NCBI GenBank assembly: GCA_965205015.1
Contig: OZ242029.1
Location: 4,512,001-4,576,000 of the forward strand
DNA length: 64,000 nt
Reading direction: 5' to 3'
From: Candidatus Poribacteria bacterium
Lineage (GTDB): Bacteria > Poribacteria > WGA-4E > WGA-3G
Shown here: piece after piece, positions 1-10,164 of the stretch
How positions within the stretch are numbered: position 1 is the stretch's first letter
Layout: every line of letters starts with the position of its first letter
Notes under the pieces: generated by a model
The model's database searches: none
Told to the model about the DNA's origin: nothing
What the model saw: the letters and a program-made list of their open reading frames with translations, nothing else
Made by a program: the position numbers and the translations under genes

Positions 1-1205
1 CCGCCGCCAGCCAGTATAATCGGGAGGTCGTGATGGCTGTGTCGGTTGCCGTCAGCGTTTCCACTCCCGTACAGAATCATTGAATGATCCAAGAGTGAAC
101 CCTCCCCTTCAGGAGTGGCACTGAGTTTTTCCAAGAAGTATGCCAACTGTTGAGAATGGAAGATATCAATGCGTTTGATCTTTTCTATCTTCTCTTCATC
201 ACCACCGTGATGTGACAGATAGTGGTGTCCGTCTGGAACGTCGACAAACGGATAGGGTCTATTGCTGCCTTCATTTGCGAGGACGAAGGTCGTAACGCGA
301 GTTACATCCGCCTGAAATGCGAGGACCATGAGATCCATCATCAGGCGCAGATGCTCCTGATAATCTTCTGGAATTTCCTCCGGCACGGTATAGTCCGGGC
401 TTTCGATCGGTGGGAACCTCTCAGCCGATGCGATTCTCACCTCAATATCCCGGATAGAGGAGAAGTACTCATCGAGTTTCCGGACATCGTTCCCACTGAC
501 TTGACGGCGTAACGCTTTCGAGTCCTGTTTTACAAAATCGAGGATACTTTTTCGCTGTTGATCGCGTGCTTCTCGTTGTGTGTCGGGCAGAGAGGAGAAC
601 AGCCGTTCAAAAGCGAGTTTCGGATTTACCTCTTTGGGAAGCGGTTGCGTCGCAGAACGCCATGAGAGTGTCGATGAATAGACGCAGCTATAGCCAGAAT
701 CGCAATTCCCTGCCCTTCTGCCAGGGTCAATTCCGAGTTCAAGTGAAGGCATTCGCGTCCGGTTACCGATATGTGATGCGGCGACTTGGTCAACAGAAAC
801 GCCAGCCTGAATATCAGCACCATCCGTTTTACGGGGCTGCGCGCCTGTAAGGAAAGCCGCCATGGCACGGGCGTGATCGCCACCGCCGTCCCCGTTCGCG
901 CGGGCTTTATCAGCCGTTAGACCGCTGAGCACCAACATCTTGTCTTTTACATTTTCCAAGGGGGTCAGGATATCCGTGAGTTCATAGTTCGCTCCGATCT
1001 GCGTCGGGGTCCACTCCTCCATAATCTTTCCGTTAGGTACGTAAAGGAATGCCATCCGATTCGGAACCGTCTGGTGTGCTACCCCACTCGCTGGAGCGTT
1101 TGCCCACGAGGTAAGGGGTCCCATGACCTCCAGCCACGGTAGTGCGATACTCACTCCCAAACCGCGTAAAAATGTTCGACGTGAAAGTTGCTTTGAGGTG
1201 TTCAT
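1..1205 (-). CDS. DUF1552 family Tat-exported protein (3' end runs off the window)
   Basis: Manual translation MNTSKQLSRRTFLRGLGVSIALPWLE...RMAFLYVPNG...GDHARA...SVDQVAA...SLELG...CDSGYSCVY; twin-arginine motif; DUF1592 partner upstream. Absent from the ORF track because it has no stop in the window. Confidence 0.88.
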   Translation of the reverse strand, partial: MNTSKQLSRRTFLRGLGVSIALPWLEVMGPLTSWANAPASGVAHQTVPNRMAFLYVPNGKIMEEWTPTQIGANYELTDILTPLENVKDKMLVLSGLTADKARANGDGGGDHARAMAAFLTGAQPRKTDGADIQAGVSVDQVAASHIGNRTRMPSLELGIDPGRRAGNCDSGYSCVYSSTLSWRSATQPLPKEVNPKLAFERLFSSLPDTQREARDQQRKSILDFVKQDSKALRRQVSGNDVRKLDEYFSSIRDIEVRIASAERFPPIESPDYTVPEEIPEDYQEHLRLMMDLMVLAFQADVTRVTTFVLANEGSNRPYPFVDVPDGHHYLSHHGGDEEKIEKIKRIDIFHSQQLAYFLEKLSATPEGEGSLLDHSMILYGSGNADGNRHSHHDLPIILAGG

Positions 1206-1307
1206 AATTGTTCCTTCGTCAACTCTCCATAGTTAAGGCAGTAGGAAACTTGCAAAAAACCGCTACTGTCCCTATATGATTTCTCGTTTCAGAACGCCTA
1301 TACCACA

Positions 1308-1336
1308 ATTATACCTTATTTTATATGACGTGTCAA
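1308..1336 (-). promoter_or_regulatory. sigma70-type promoter for the DUF1552 gene
   Basis: Minus strand TTGACA-17 nt-TATAAT, perfect consensus. Confidence 0.8.
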
Positions 1337-1394
1337 GTATTTATCGGATCCTTCTGAAAACCCTGATTCAGACGTGCCCACTGACTGCTGATGG

Positions 1395-2444
1395 CTAAAA
1401 ATACGGTACCCCTTGTGCATTGACATAAACGGAATAGAGAGATTGGCTACCTGCCATAAAGAGCCTGTTTCGTTTCACACCGCCGAAACAGATATTCGCA
1501 CAAATTTCTGGGAGATGAATCTTTCCGATAAGCGTTCCATCTGGCGCGAAGATATGCACACCATCGTAGCCTTCGCCGACCCAGCCTGTGCCTGCCCACA
1601 GATTTCCATCGGTATCGCATCGAAGTCCGTCCGCAGCACCGGGTGCCATATCCGCGAATACCTGTTTGTTAGCCAACCGTTCACCGTTGACGACATCATG
1701 GACGACAATATTTTTCGGTGGACCGGTATCCGCAACGTAAAGTTTAGTGTAATCAGGCGAGAAACAGATACCGTTCGGTCTTTCGATTTCCTCCGTTACG
1801 ACGACTGCTTCGCCGGTATCAGGATTCAGGCGATAAACGGAAGTCGGTAATTCAAATTCTGCTTTATGCCCTTCATAATGGGAAAGGATACCGTATCCGG
1901 GGTCAGTGAACCAGATATGTCCGTCAGGATGGACAGCTGCATCGTTCGGTGCGTTGAAGCGTTTGCCCTCAAAGGTGTCTATGAGGACGGTAATCGTTCC
2001 GTCATATTCAGTTCGTGTGACACGTCGGGTGCCGTGTTCACAACTGATGAGCCTCCCTTGTCGATCGCGCGTGTGTCCATTGGTATAGTTAGACGGTTTG
2101 CGATAGACGCTCACCATGCCGGTGGCTTCCTGCCATTTCAGAATACGATTGTTCGGAATATCACTCCAAAGGAGGTAGCCGCCATCACCGAACCAGACAG
2201 GTCCCTCTGCCCAGCGCGACCCCGTCCATAACCGTTCCACAACGGCATTCCCGATTTTGTATTTGGCGAAACGCGGATCAATGACTTCAACCGCTGGATC
2301 CGGATAACGGGTAATCGGTCCCTCTTTTGTAGGAATATCTGCCCAAGCGGTTAGCGGACGTATCGCTTCCAACCAAGGTAAAGCAGCACCGACCCCTAAA
2401 CCGCGTAAAAATGTTCGACGTGAAAATTGTTTTGATGTGTTCAT
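1395..2444 (-). CDS. SMP-30/gluconolactonase family protein with Tat signal
   Basis: WAEGPVW, SDIPNNRI, NAPND, PNGICFSPD, ADGLRCD motifs; N-terminal SRRTFL. Confidence 0.9.
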   Translation of the reverse strand: MNTSKQFSRRTFLRGLGVGAALPWLEAIRPLTAWADIPTKEGPITRYPDPAVEVIDPRFAKYKIGNAVVERLWTGSRWAEGPVWFGDGGYLLWSDIPNNRILKWQEATGMVSVYRKPSNYTNGHTRDRQGRLISCEHGTRRVTRTEYDGTITVLIDTFEGKRFNAPNDAAVHPDGHIWFTDPGYGILSHYEGHKAEFELPTSVYRLNPDTGEAVVVTEEIERPNGICFSPDYTKLYVADTGPPKNIVVHDVVNGERLANKQVFADMAPGAADGLRCDTDGNLWAGTGWVGEGYDGVHIFAPDGTLIGKIHLPEICANICFGGVKRNRLFMAGSQSLYSVYVNAQGVPYF

Positions 2445-2459
2445 AAACCTCTCCCAGAT

Positions 2460-3518
2460 TTACATAAAATTAGACGTGCCCCAACGTTCGACATACAGAA
2501 GCATAATTTCATGGATAAATTCATATTTCTCAGGGCAACAGGAACGGAGTCTATGGGGATAGAGAAGATAAGAGGCGATACTTTCGGCCATATCCTCATT
2601 CGGATCTTCCTCAAAAGCGTAAGTTGATATAAACGCTGATCGTTCTTTCGTTGTTGACCAACCTGACTCACTTGTTGCCTCTCGATACCATCCACCAAGT
2701 TTCGCCCAATTCAATTTAAGTTCCCTATTAAAAACATAAGTCCATAAAAAATGTGCCTTTTCGTGGGCAATGACGTGCCGAGCCCTATTAGAATTCCCGT
2801 GGCGAAAAATGGATTCAGCGAACTCTATGTGCCCCCGACCTGTCCGGGCATAACTGATTCCTCTTTCATCCGGACCTTCATCCTTATCCACTCTACGAAT
2901 TATATGCTTTAATCGCGGTATTTTATGCAGTGCGTGAGGAAATTCTTCAAACACTGATATAACGAGCATCAAATCGTCATTTTCAAAGTTCGAATAGCGT
3001 TTTGATGCTGTGTTTTGGATTCCCTCGGTTGGCTCGGTTGATGAATCATCAGTTGATGAATCATAGGAGGGGACATATATACCATACCTTTTTTGTAAAA
3101 TTAATTCTATGATGGCTCTATTTGTTCCATTCTCTGTTACGTATTGAACGACTGCATAATAGAGGTGCTTGCCCGGAGACAGCACCTCTTGAGATTCTTC
3201 AACAGGAAAAACATCTTTACTAATCGTAACGAACTTTAACTTATCCTTAGATTCAATCTTAATATCGTTTTCTAAGCCGTCTTCAGTTATACTCCATCTG
3301 GAAAATTGTAGATTCAGATTCGGGGATATGGCTTCAAAGACCCTTAAGAGCGTGTGGGCATGTTTTTTTGTCCACGTAGAATCTAAGTAAACGGAATATT
3401 TTTGCTCCAACTGGGACATAGGATTGTTATCTGGTGTTTCATAATAAGGGGCTGTATAACAACTTGGCTGGAAAATTATGATGAATAAAAGGAAAATTAG
3501 AAAAATTCGCATCATCAA
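2460..3518 (-). CDS. secreted zincin-like metallopeptidase domain protein
   Basis: Hydrophobic N-terminus; HEKAH (HExxH) followed by FISTYA...EDMAES; visibly AT-rich. Confidence 0.6.
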   Translation of the reverse strand: MMMRIFLIFLLFIIIFQPSCYTAPYYETPDNNPMSQLEQKYSVYLDSTWTKKHAHTLLRVFEAISPNLNLQFSRWSITEDGLENDIKIESKDKLKFVTISKDVFPVEESQEVLSPGKHLYYAVVQYVTENGTNRAIIELILQKRYGIYVPSYDSSTDDSSTEPTEGIQNTASKRYSNFENDDLMLVISVFEEFPHALHKIPRLKHIIRRVDKDEGPDERGISYARTGRGHIEFAESIFRHGNSNRARHVIAHEKAHFLWTYVFNRELKLNWAKLGGWYREATSESGWSTTKERSAFISTYAFEEDPNEDMAESIASYLLYPHRLRSCCPEKYEFIHEIMLLYVERWGTSNFM

Positions 3519-5956
3519 TTGTCCTTTGTGCCGCGTCGCAACCGGAAGGGATCACTCTTAACGATCTCTGTAATCATCACAGAACTTCTATACCCCTCGG
3601 CTTCAAGTTGTGACACGATCCTATCAACCGTCGATCGGTCATAGTATTCCAATCCTCTGCCCAACGCATAGGTTAACATTTTCTCTGTCAAACAGTGTAG
3701 GAACTGCTGTTTTCTGTCTTTGACAACCTGTTTCAGGTCCGCGACCCCGCGCACTATCGTTCCGTCCGGCAATTCCGCGGTTGTATCAATATTCAGTTCG
3801 CCATCTTTCCACCGAAAAGCCCCAATCGCGTTGTAGTTTTCGAGTGCGAATCCGATCGGATCCATTTTCGCATGGCAGTTAGCGCATGCGGGATCTGCTC
3901 GGTGTTGCTCGAGACGTTCACGTAGTGTCCTCCCGTGAACCGCTTCACCCTCTTCCTCTAACTCTGGAACATCCGGTGGCGGTGGTGGTGGCGGTGTACC
4001 GAGTATCTGTTCCAAAACCCAGCGTCCCCTTTTGACGGGAGAGGTGCGCGTTGGGTTAGAAGTCACCGTCAAGACGCTGGCGTGGCTAAGGATTCCACCC
4101 CGCGCGGTACTCTGCAACTTGACCCGTCGAAACGCTCTGCCTTTAATCGCTTCACCGCCGGGAATGATGGTCTTTTGTCCCCTCCAGTTCCCTTGTGTAT
4201 CCATAATACCGTAGTGGTTTGCTAAAGGTTGGTTGAGGAAAGTGTAGTCCGCATCAATGAGATCAAGTACACTCCGGTCTTCACGAAAGATCGATTCAAG
4301 AAAGAGTTCCGTTTCCTTTAACATGGCAGCGCGCAGTGCTCCCGTGAATGTCGGAAACTGTTCGAGATCCGGTGCAGCCGTTGTCAGTCGTTGGATTTGA
4401 AGCCATTGGGTTCCGAAATTACTGCCTAATTCGGATGCCTTCGGGTCTGCTAACATCCGTTTAATTTGGGATTCCAGATTGGCAGTGAGTTGTTTCTTCT
4501 CAGCGAGTTCAAGGAGTTCGTCATCCGGCATGCTACTCCACAAGAAGTAGGAGAGCCGTGACGCGAGTTGAACCGCATCCATCGGATGCGGTTCTGGACC
4601 CTGCGGACGGTCATCTAACTCCAACCGAAATAGGAACTTGGGTGAACAAAGAATGACTTTAATCGCCGCTTGAATGCCTGCTTCCCACGACGCCCCATCC
4701 GCTTGGACGGATGCCACAAACTGGGTAAGTTGTTCTACTTCGTTTTCGGTGGGTGGACGACGATAGCCGCGCCGCAGCAAACGCGTTAGCACCTCACGGG
4801 TCTGGTCTGCTTGGGAGATATCGGGTGTGCACGCCAGAATTTCAAAATGAGAATCGGGTCTGGTCTCTAAGGGTCCCTCTGCCCAGAGCGTGCGAATCTG
4901 GAGTTTCGCGTGCGGCTCACCTTCTATCGGCTTAAGCATCGCAATGCCGACTTTTTCAATGTTAGGAATACGGGTAATAAGGAATTCAATTGTCTGTCTT
5001 TTTTCTTCATCGCGGGCGGTAATCTCAAAAGCCTTCAAAACTTTGATATTGTTGTCTACCGTAGGATCTACGCCAACCAAGCGCGCGAGTTTCTCCGGTG
5101 GGGTTGTCACCTCCAAATTTTCACCCTGAATGAATAGAACGACCTCTACGGGTGTTTCACTGTCTGTTTCGGCGTAAAGCGTTGCATGGTAGACGATTTC
5201 TGTATCGGGAGTTATTCTGAAATCTGCCGCTCCCGTTGTAAAGGGACCAGATTTCCACGCTTCTGTGGCGGTTGGATCGAGCAGACGGTAACGTTCATCA
5301 GGGACATCATCGTGGCGAGGCTCCAGACGACTACCACTTTGGTAACGTTTGGAGGGTGGTGGCGGATCCAACAAGATAACACGCGTGGCGATTGCCTCCG
5401 CGGCTTCAAGATACCGCTCCATTAGAAGCGGTGACATCGTGAGCACATCGCCAATATTATCAAACCCGTGTCCGACATCATCCGCAGGAAAATTTTCGGT
5501 CGGATTGAAATCAGCCCCGAGCAGGTCTCGGACAGTATTCTTGTATTCGACTTTATTGAGTCGGCGGACGGTTACGCGTCCAGGATCTGGCTTCGCCGTG
5601 CGATCCGCATTTTCAAAAATCGCTTCAATATGCGCAACAAACGATTCCGACGCTTCTATTGACGGAAACCGATCGCTGTCCGACGGTGGCATCTGACCTG
5701 TCGTTAGCATGTCCAGAATCCGTTCCCAGATGTCTCGCTCCTCAATTAACGAACGATTGTCCGTGAATGAATCCAAGGAGAGTTCAGCGGCAGGCTCGTC
5801 ACCGGCGTGACAACTAAAGCAATACTCTTCCAAGAACAAAGCACCATTCTGCGAAAAGTCGGCAGTGTCCTTTTCACCCGGGTTAACTATAGGGACAACG
5901 AGCAGTAGCACCAAGATCAAACAAAAACAGTATGAAACATAATTGATCGAAGTCAT
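3515..5956 (-). CDS. DUF1592/DUF1588 (PSD-domain) cytochrome c-like protein
   Basis: CxxCH motifs CFSCH and CANCH; RRLNKVEYKNTVRDLLG, GFDNIG, LASRLSYFLWSSMPD, TSPVKRGRWV, YALGR. Confidence 0.9.
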   Translation of the reverse strand: MTSINYVSYCFCLILVLLLVVPIVNPGEKDTADFSQNGALFLEEYCFSCHAGDEPAAELSLDSFTDNRSLIEERDIWERILDMLTTGQMPPSDSDRFPSIEASESFVAHIEAIFENADRTAKPDPGRVTVRRLNKVEYKNTVRDLLGADFNPTENFPADDVGHGFDNIGDVLTMSPLLMERYLEAAEAIATRVILLDPPPPSKRYQSGSRLEPRHDDVPDERYRLLDPTATEAWKSGPFTTGAADFRITPDTEIVYHATLYAETDSETPVEVVLFIQGENLEVTTPPEKLARLVGVDPTVDNNIKVLKAFEITARDEEKRQTIEFLITRIPNIEKVGIAMLKPIEGEPHAKLQIRTLWAEGPLETRPDSHFEILACTPDISQADQTREVLTRLLRRGYRRPPTENEVEQLTQFVASVQADGASWEAGIQAAIKVILCSPKFLFRLELDDRPQGPEPHPMDAVQLASRLSYFLWSSMPDDELLELAEKKQLTANLESQIKRMLADPKASELGSNFGTQWLQIQRLTTAAPDLEQFPTFTGALRAAMLKETELFLESIFREDRSVLDLIDADYTFLNQPLANHYGIMDTQGNWRGQKTIIPGGEAIKGRAFRRVKLQSTARGGILSHASVLTVTSNPTRTSPVKRGRWVLEQILGTPPPPPPPDVPELEEEGEAVHGRTLRERLEQHRADPACANCHAKMDPIGFALENYNAIGAFRWKDGELNIDTTAELPDGTIVRGVADLKQVVKDRKQQFLHCLTEKMLTYALGRGLEYYDRSTVDRIVSQLEAEGYRSSVMITEIVKSDPFRLRRGTKDN

Positions 5957-6210
5957 GAGTATCTTTCCAACTGTGGAGGTGGGGTTGCAATGTAATACAA
6001 GGAATGGATTTAGTCCATTCCCAGACGAAATCCCTTATGACAACGTTTGCGTTCGGTTATAAGTTTACGCCAATATGCAGTAATTATATCTCAGTATAAT
6101 GCATAAAGGCAAATAAAAACCCACCAAATACTGGATTATTTAGTTTTATGAACAGAATTTGCGCTTTATCGTCAATTCTGCTAAAATAGCGGCGTTAGAA
6201 ACAGACATTT

Positions 6211-6239
6211 TGTAGGGGTATCCCCTGTGGATGTCCTAC
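6211..6239 (+). repeat. GTAG-type REP palindrome
   Basis: TGTAGGGGTATCCCCTGTGGATGTCC; close relative at 30220. Confidence 0.6.
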
Positions 6240-6306
6240 TGTCCACGTGTCCTTCTCACCCAACGCATATAAATGTGTTGAAAACGCCAAAGGAGCACCT
6301 CCCGCT

Positions 6307-7380
6307 ATGAATCGACACGAGCAAGAAGCAATCGTGAACGCAGGAGCATTGCAAACCGTCTGTAGTCAACTGTACCAAAAAGTAGGTGTTGCGCAATCGG
6401 ATGCAGATACCGTCGCAGAAATGCAGGTACTGATGGATTTGCGCGGCGTTCATTCGCACGCGACACGCGCCGTGCCACGTTATGTCCGAGGTATCATCAA
6501 CGGTGATATAAATCCGACACCGGCACTTCAAACGCTTGAAGACAACGCCGCCTCCGTTTTATTAGACGGTGACCGGGGATTGGGACATCTCGTCGGTGTC
6601 CGTGCAATGAACATCGCCGTTGAAAAAGCGAAGTCCACTTCGATCGGTGTGGCTGTTGTTCGGAATAGCAATCACTTCGGGGCTGCCTCCAGCCATGCGA
6701 TACGAGCCACAGAACACGATATGATCGGTTTCGCGACCACCAACGGCTTGGGTGTGAACGTCGCCGTCTTCGGTGCGAAAAGCACTTCGATCGGAAATAA
6801 TGCGCTCTCCTTTGCTATCCCTGCTGGTGAAGAGCCTCCGATCGTATTGGATATGGCGTGCGGTGCTGCCGCCGCTGGACGTATCGGAACCGCAAGGTTA
6901 TACGAAGAAAAAATCCCATTGGGATGGGCATTGGACGCTGACGGCAACGAAACCGATGATCCCAGTAAGGTTGCCGCGATCTTACCTGCCGCAGGTCCCA
7001 AAGGTTCCGCACTTGCGATCGTGATGGATATCTTATGTGGTCCCTTAAGCGGTGGACTGATGGGTATCAACAAGCATTATCAGCCTGGAGATGCCCCACG
7101 AGAGAAACGCGTATCAGCACACTTTTTCCTCGCAATCAACATCGCCAGTTTCACCTCCATCACAGAATTTAAGGCTGAAATTGATCGGCAGATTCGGATG
7201 ACACGTCAAGCCACCCCACGCAGCGGATTTACGCGTGTCACTCTCCCCGGCGAGATTGAGTGGGAATTGACGCAAGAACGCCTCGCAAATGGGATTCCGC
7301 TGCACAAGGAGCCATTGCGGGAACTCGAGCAGCTTGCCGACGAATTGGATGTTGAAATTCCATGGAGCGGTTGTAATTAG
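6307..7380 (+). CDS. Ldh_2 (malate/L-lactate/ureidoglycolate dehydrogenase) family oxidoreductase
   Basis: DLRGVHSH, NSNHFG, GNNALSFAIP, LDMA, GPKGSAL, LPGEIE; start placed at the ATG after AAGGAG. Confidence 0.88.
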   Translation: MNRHEQEAIVNAGALQTVCSQLYQKVGVAQSDADTVAEMQVLMDLRGVHSHATRAVPRYVRGIINGDINPTPALQTLEDNAASVLLDGDRGLGHLVGVRAMNIAVEKAKSTSIGVAVVRNSNHFGAASSHAIRATEHDMIGFATTNGLGVNVAVFGAKSTSIGNNALSFAIPAGEEPPIVLDMACGAAAAGRIGTARLYEEKIPLGWALDADGNETDDPSKVAAILPAAGPKGSALAIVMDILCGPLSGGLMGINKHYQPGDAPREKRVSAHFFLAINIASFTSITEFKAEIDRQIRMTRQATPRSGFTRVTLPGEIEWELTQERLANGIPLHKEPLRELEQLADELDVEIPWSGCN

Positions 7381-7391
7381 TATAGAAAAAT

Positions 7392-7420
7392 TTGACATTC
7401 GTTAGAAAATCAGGTATAAT
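7392..7420 (+). promoter_or_regulatory. sigma70-type promoter of argF
   Basis: TTGACA-17 nt-TATAAT. Confidence 0.8.
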
Positions 7421-7533
7421 TATGCTTTCTTATTTATCACCGAGAGTCTTGAAGACACTGCACAACCTTTCTATGGGTTGTAAAGGATGGAAACCTTCCA
7501 TCGATTTCTAAGCACTCTACTGTGGAGGTAATT

Positions 7534-8478
7534 ATGCATCTAATTACGCTAAACCCATGGTCAGAAAAAGACATTCTTGAAACAGTTGAAAACAGTCTGA
7601 ACATCAAAAACCATCCTGAAAAATATAGACACGCTGTCGGTGGAAAGAGTCTCTGCCTGCTTTTCCAAAAGACCTCCACGCGCACGCGCTGCGCCGGTGA
7701 AATCGGTATAACGCAACTCGGTGGACATGCCCATTACCTCGACTGGCGCACGACAAACTTTGCATTAGCCGACCTTGGCGACGAAATGCGTGTCCTTTCG
7801 GGGTATGTTGATATTATCTTAGCACGGTTCTTGCAACACTCGGAACTCGTTGAGGCGGCAGCCGCTGCAACCGTTCCAGTCATTAACGGCTGTTGTGACA
7901 AATACCATCCAACGCAAGCCCTTGGCGATCTGATGACGATCCGGGAGCACCTCGGTAGACTGGAAGGGGTCAAATTGTGCTTTATCGGTGTGCATAACAA
8001 CGTCTGTAATTCGTTGATCGCCGCCGGTATGAAAGTAGGTATGGAAGTCACAGTCGTCGCACCAGAGGTGAATCCTGCTGCTGTCGACAAAGAACTATGG
8101 GAAGACGCCTCTCGCAAAGGTCTCTATAAAACGCTTAATACCGACACCGCGGCGATGGAGAGTTCATTGGAGAAAATAATTGCCAAAAGCGATGTCGTCT
8201 ACACAGATACATGGGTGGATATGGAGTTCTTCACGGATCCAGCTTTTGCAAAAGAACGGAAACGTCGGTTAGAAAAGATGATGCCGTATCAATTGAATGC
8301 TGAACTGCTGAAAGCACACGAGTGTCGGGTTATGCACTGCCTTCCCGCACACCACGGATATGAAATTTCGGGTGAACTCATTAACGATGAACGCTCAATT
8401 ATCTTTGAGCAATCCGAAAACCGTCTCTATAGCATGAAAGCGATCCTTCTCAAACTGCTTGGAGATGCCAGCCCGTAA
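7534..8478 (+). CDS. argF: ornithine carbamoyltransferase
   Basis: STRTR, HPTQ, YTDTW and HCLP motifs; GGAGG RBS. Confidence 0.88.
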   Translation: MHLITLNPWSEKDILETVENSLNIKNHPEKYRHAVGGKSLCLLFQKTSTRTRCAGEIGITQLGGHAHYLDWRTTNFALADLGDEMRVLSGYVDIILARFLQHSELVEAAAAATVPVINGCCDKYHPTQALGDLMTIREHLGRLEGVKLCFIGVHNNVCNSLIAAGMKVGMEVTVVAPEVNPAAVDKELWEDASRKGLYKTLNTDTAAMESSLEKIIAKSDVVYTDTWVDMEFFTDPAFAKERKRRLEKMMPYQLNAELLKAHECRVMHCLPAHHGYEISGELINDERSIIFEQSENRLYSMKAILLKLLGDASP

Positions 8479-8550
8479 ACATCACGGTTCATTTCTGTGC
8501 TGTGGTCGCAATCCTTTTATGTCGATGATTAGCAAAAAGGAGAAGAACCG

Positions 8551-8886
8551 ATGGAAAAACTGATGTATCCATTCATGACACGCGTCTTATTACCAGAAGA
8601 AGGGGGCGGTTATTTAATCGAGTTTCCGGACCTTCCGGGTTGTATGTCCGATGGCGAGACGCTTGAAGAAGCCATTGAAAATGGAAAGGATGCCCTGCAG
8701 TGCTGGCTTGAAGCAGCAGCAGCAGATGGACAGGAAATACCTGAGCCGGGTTCATCGCCAACGTGGATTCAACAAGTTCCTAACCATATTCATATACAAC
8801 TGTCCCAACGGGCGGCGGCAGAAGGCATGAGCATTTCTGAACTCGTTGCCTCAATATTGGGCCAAGCCACAGATAATACAAGATGA
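8551..8886 (+). CDS. HicB family antitoxin (no HicA seen)
   Basis: EEGGGYLIEFPDLPGCMSDGETLEEA plus C-terminal RHH-like segment. Confidence 0.85.
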   Translation: MEKLMYPFMTRVLLPEEGGGYLIEFPDLPGCMSDGETLEEAIENGKDALQCWLEAAAADGQEIPEPGSSPTWIQQVPNHIHIQLSQRAAAEGMSISELVASILGQATDNTR

Positions 8887-8953
8887 TGGAAGGGCTCTCG
8901 ACCGAACGCGAAGCAGTCATAAACAGTATAAACATCCAACCTAAAACGAAGTC

Positions 8954-10135
8954 GTGACGCTTGTAGGGGCTGCCCCTATTGCTGAGGCAAAAAAGTTGAA
9001 AAATCTGGAATGTAGTAGGTGTAACGAAACTTATGACCATCTCACCCCGCAGAATGTCTGTACCACTTGCGGAAAACCGCTACTTGCCCGCTACGCGCTT
9101 GAACAGATCGCAGAAACATGGACGCGGGACACGCTCCAGTTGAGACCCCCCTCACTCTGGCGTTATTCGGAACTCCTACCCATATCTAACCCAGCCGACA
9201 TCGTAACGCTTGGGGAAACGATGACCCCCCTCGTCCATACAAAGCGGTTGGGAGCAACGTTTGGACTTACAGACGTGTGGGTGAAGGACGAATCCCGATT
9301 ACCCACTGGAAGTTTCAAAGCGCGCGGTTTAGCAATGGCAGTTTCCAAGGCAAAGTCGCTCGGATTAACGCAATTAGCGATTCCTTCTGCTGGCAATGCC
9401 GCGACTGCCCTCTCAGTTTACGCCGCTGCTGCAGGTGTATCGGCACATATCTTTATGCCACAAGATACGCCTCCCTTCAATAAAGAGACGTGTCAACTCG
9501 CCGGTGCAAACGTCACACTGATTGAGGGTCTCATTACGGATGCAGGTCGAATTGTCACAGAACGGAAGGAGCAGGAAGGATGGTTTGATGTGTCAACGCT
9601 GAAAGAACCCTACCGCGTGGAAGGGAAAAAAACGATGGGGTTTGAGCTCGCCGAGCAGTGTGGATGGGAATTGCCGGACGTTATCATCTATCCGACCGGC
9701 GGCGGTACCGGTATCGTCGGGATGTGGAAAGGCTTCGCGGAATTAGAAGCCATCGGTTGGATAGGCAAGAAAAGACCACGGTTCATCTCTGTACAGTCAG
9801 CAGGATGTGCTCCGATTGTTAGGGCATGGGAAGAAGGTGCTACCGAAGCAACTCCCTGGCGTGATGCACATACCGTTGCGAGTGGTTTGCGAGTCCCACA
9901 AGCCATCGGGGATTTCCTCATTTTAGAGGCGATTCGTAAAAGCAACGGTGCCGCGATTGCCGTCACGGACGATGCCATCCGTGAAGCAATGCAACTGCTC
10001 CCCACAACCGAAGGGATTTTGACATGCCCCGAAGGCGCTGCAACTGTCGCTGCACTCAAACAACTCGTCTCGAATGGGATGATTCAAGACACCGAGCGCG
10101 TTGTACTTTTTAATACAGGCGGCTACCAGTCATAG
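8954..10135 (+). CDS. thrC: threonine synthase (PLP, fold type II); true start may be the TTG near 8996
   Basis: N-terminal CxxC/CxxC, SLWRY, PTGSFKARG, SAGNA, EGKKT, PTGGG, CPEGAA. Confidence 0.82.
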   Translation: MTLVGAAPIAEAKKLKNLECSRCNETYDHLTPQNVCTTCGKPLLARYALEQIAETWTRDTLQLRPPSLWRYSELLPISNPADIVTLGETMTPLVHTKRLGATFGLTDVWVKDESRLPTGSFKARGLAMAVSKAKSLGLTQLAIPSAGNAATALSVYAAAAGVSAHIFMPQDTPPFNKETCQLAGANVTLIEGLITDAGRIVTERKEQEGWFDVSTLKEPYRVEGKKTMGFELAEQCGWELPDVIIYPTGGGTGIVGMWKGFAELEAIGWIGKKRPRFISVQSAGCAPIVRAWEEGATEATPWRDAHTVASGLRVPQAIGDFLILEAIRKSNGAAIAVTDDAIREAMQLLPTTEGILTCPEGAATVAALKQLVSNGMIQDTERVVLFNTGGYQS

Positions 10136-10164
10136 GTAGAAAGCCGCAATTAGGGATCATTCTT

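Noticed and set aside
7443-7518. Canonical purine riboswitch or tRNA
   Set aside because: Lacks the conserved J2/3 (UUUCUAC in the junction) and L3 sequences, and has no T-loop or D-loop consensus.
8479-8550. HicA toxin upstream of HicB
   Set aside because: Only 72 bp with no ORF; any resemblance to a HicA C-terminus is too weak to call.
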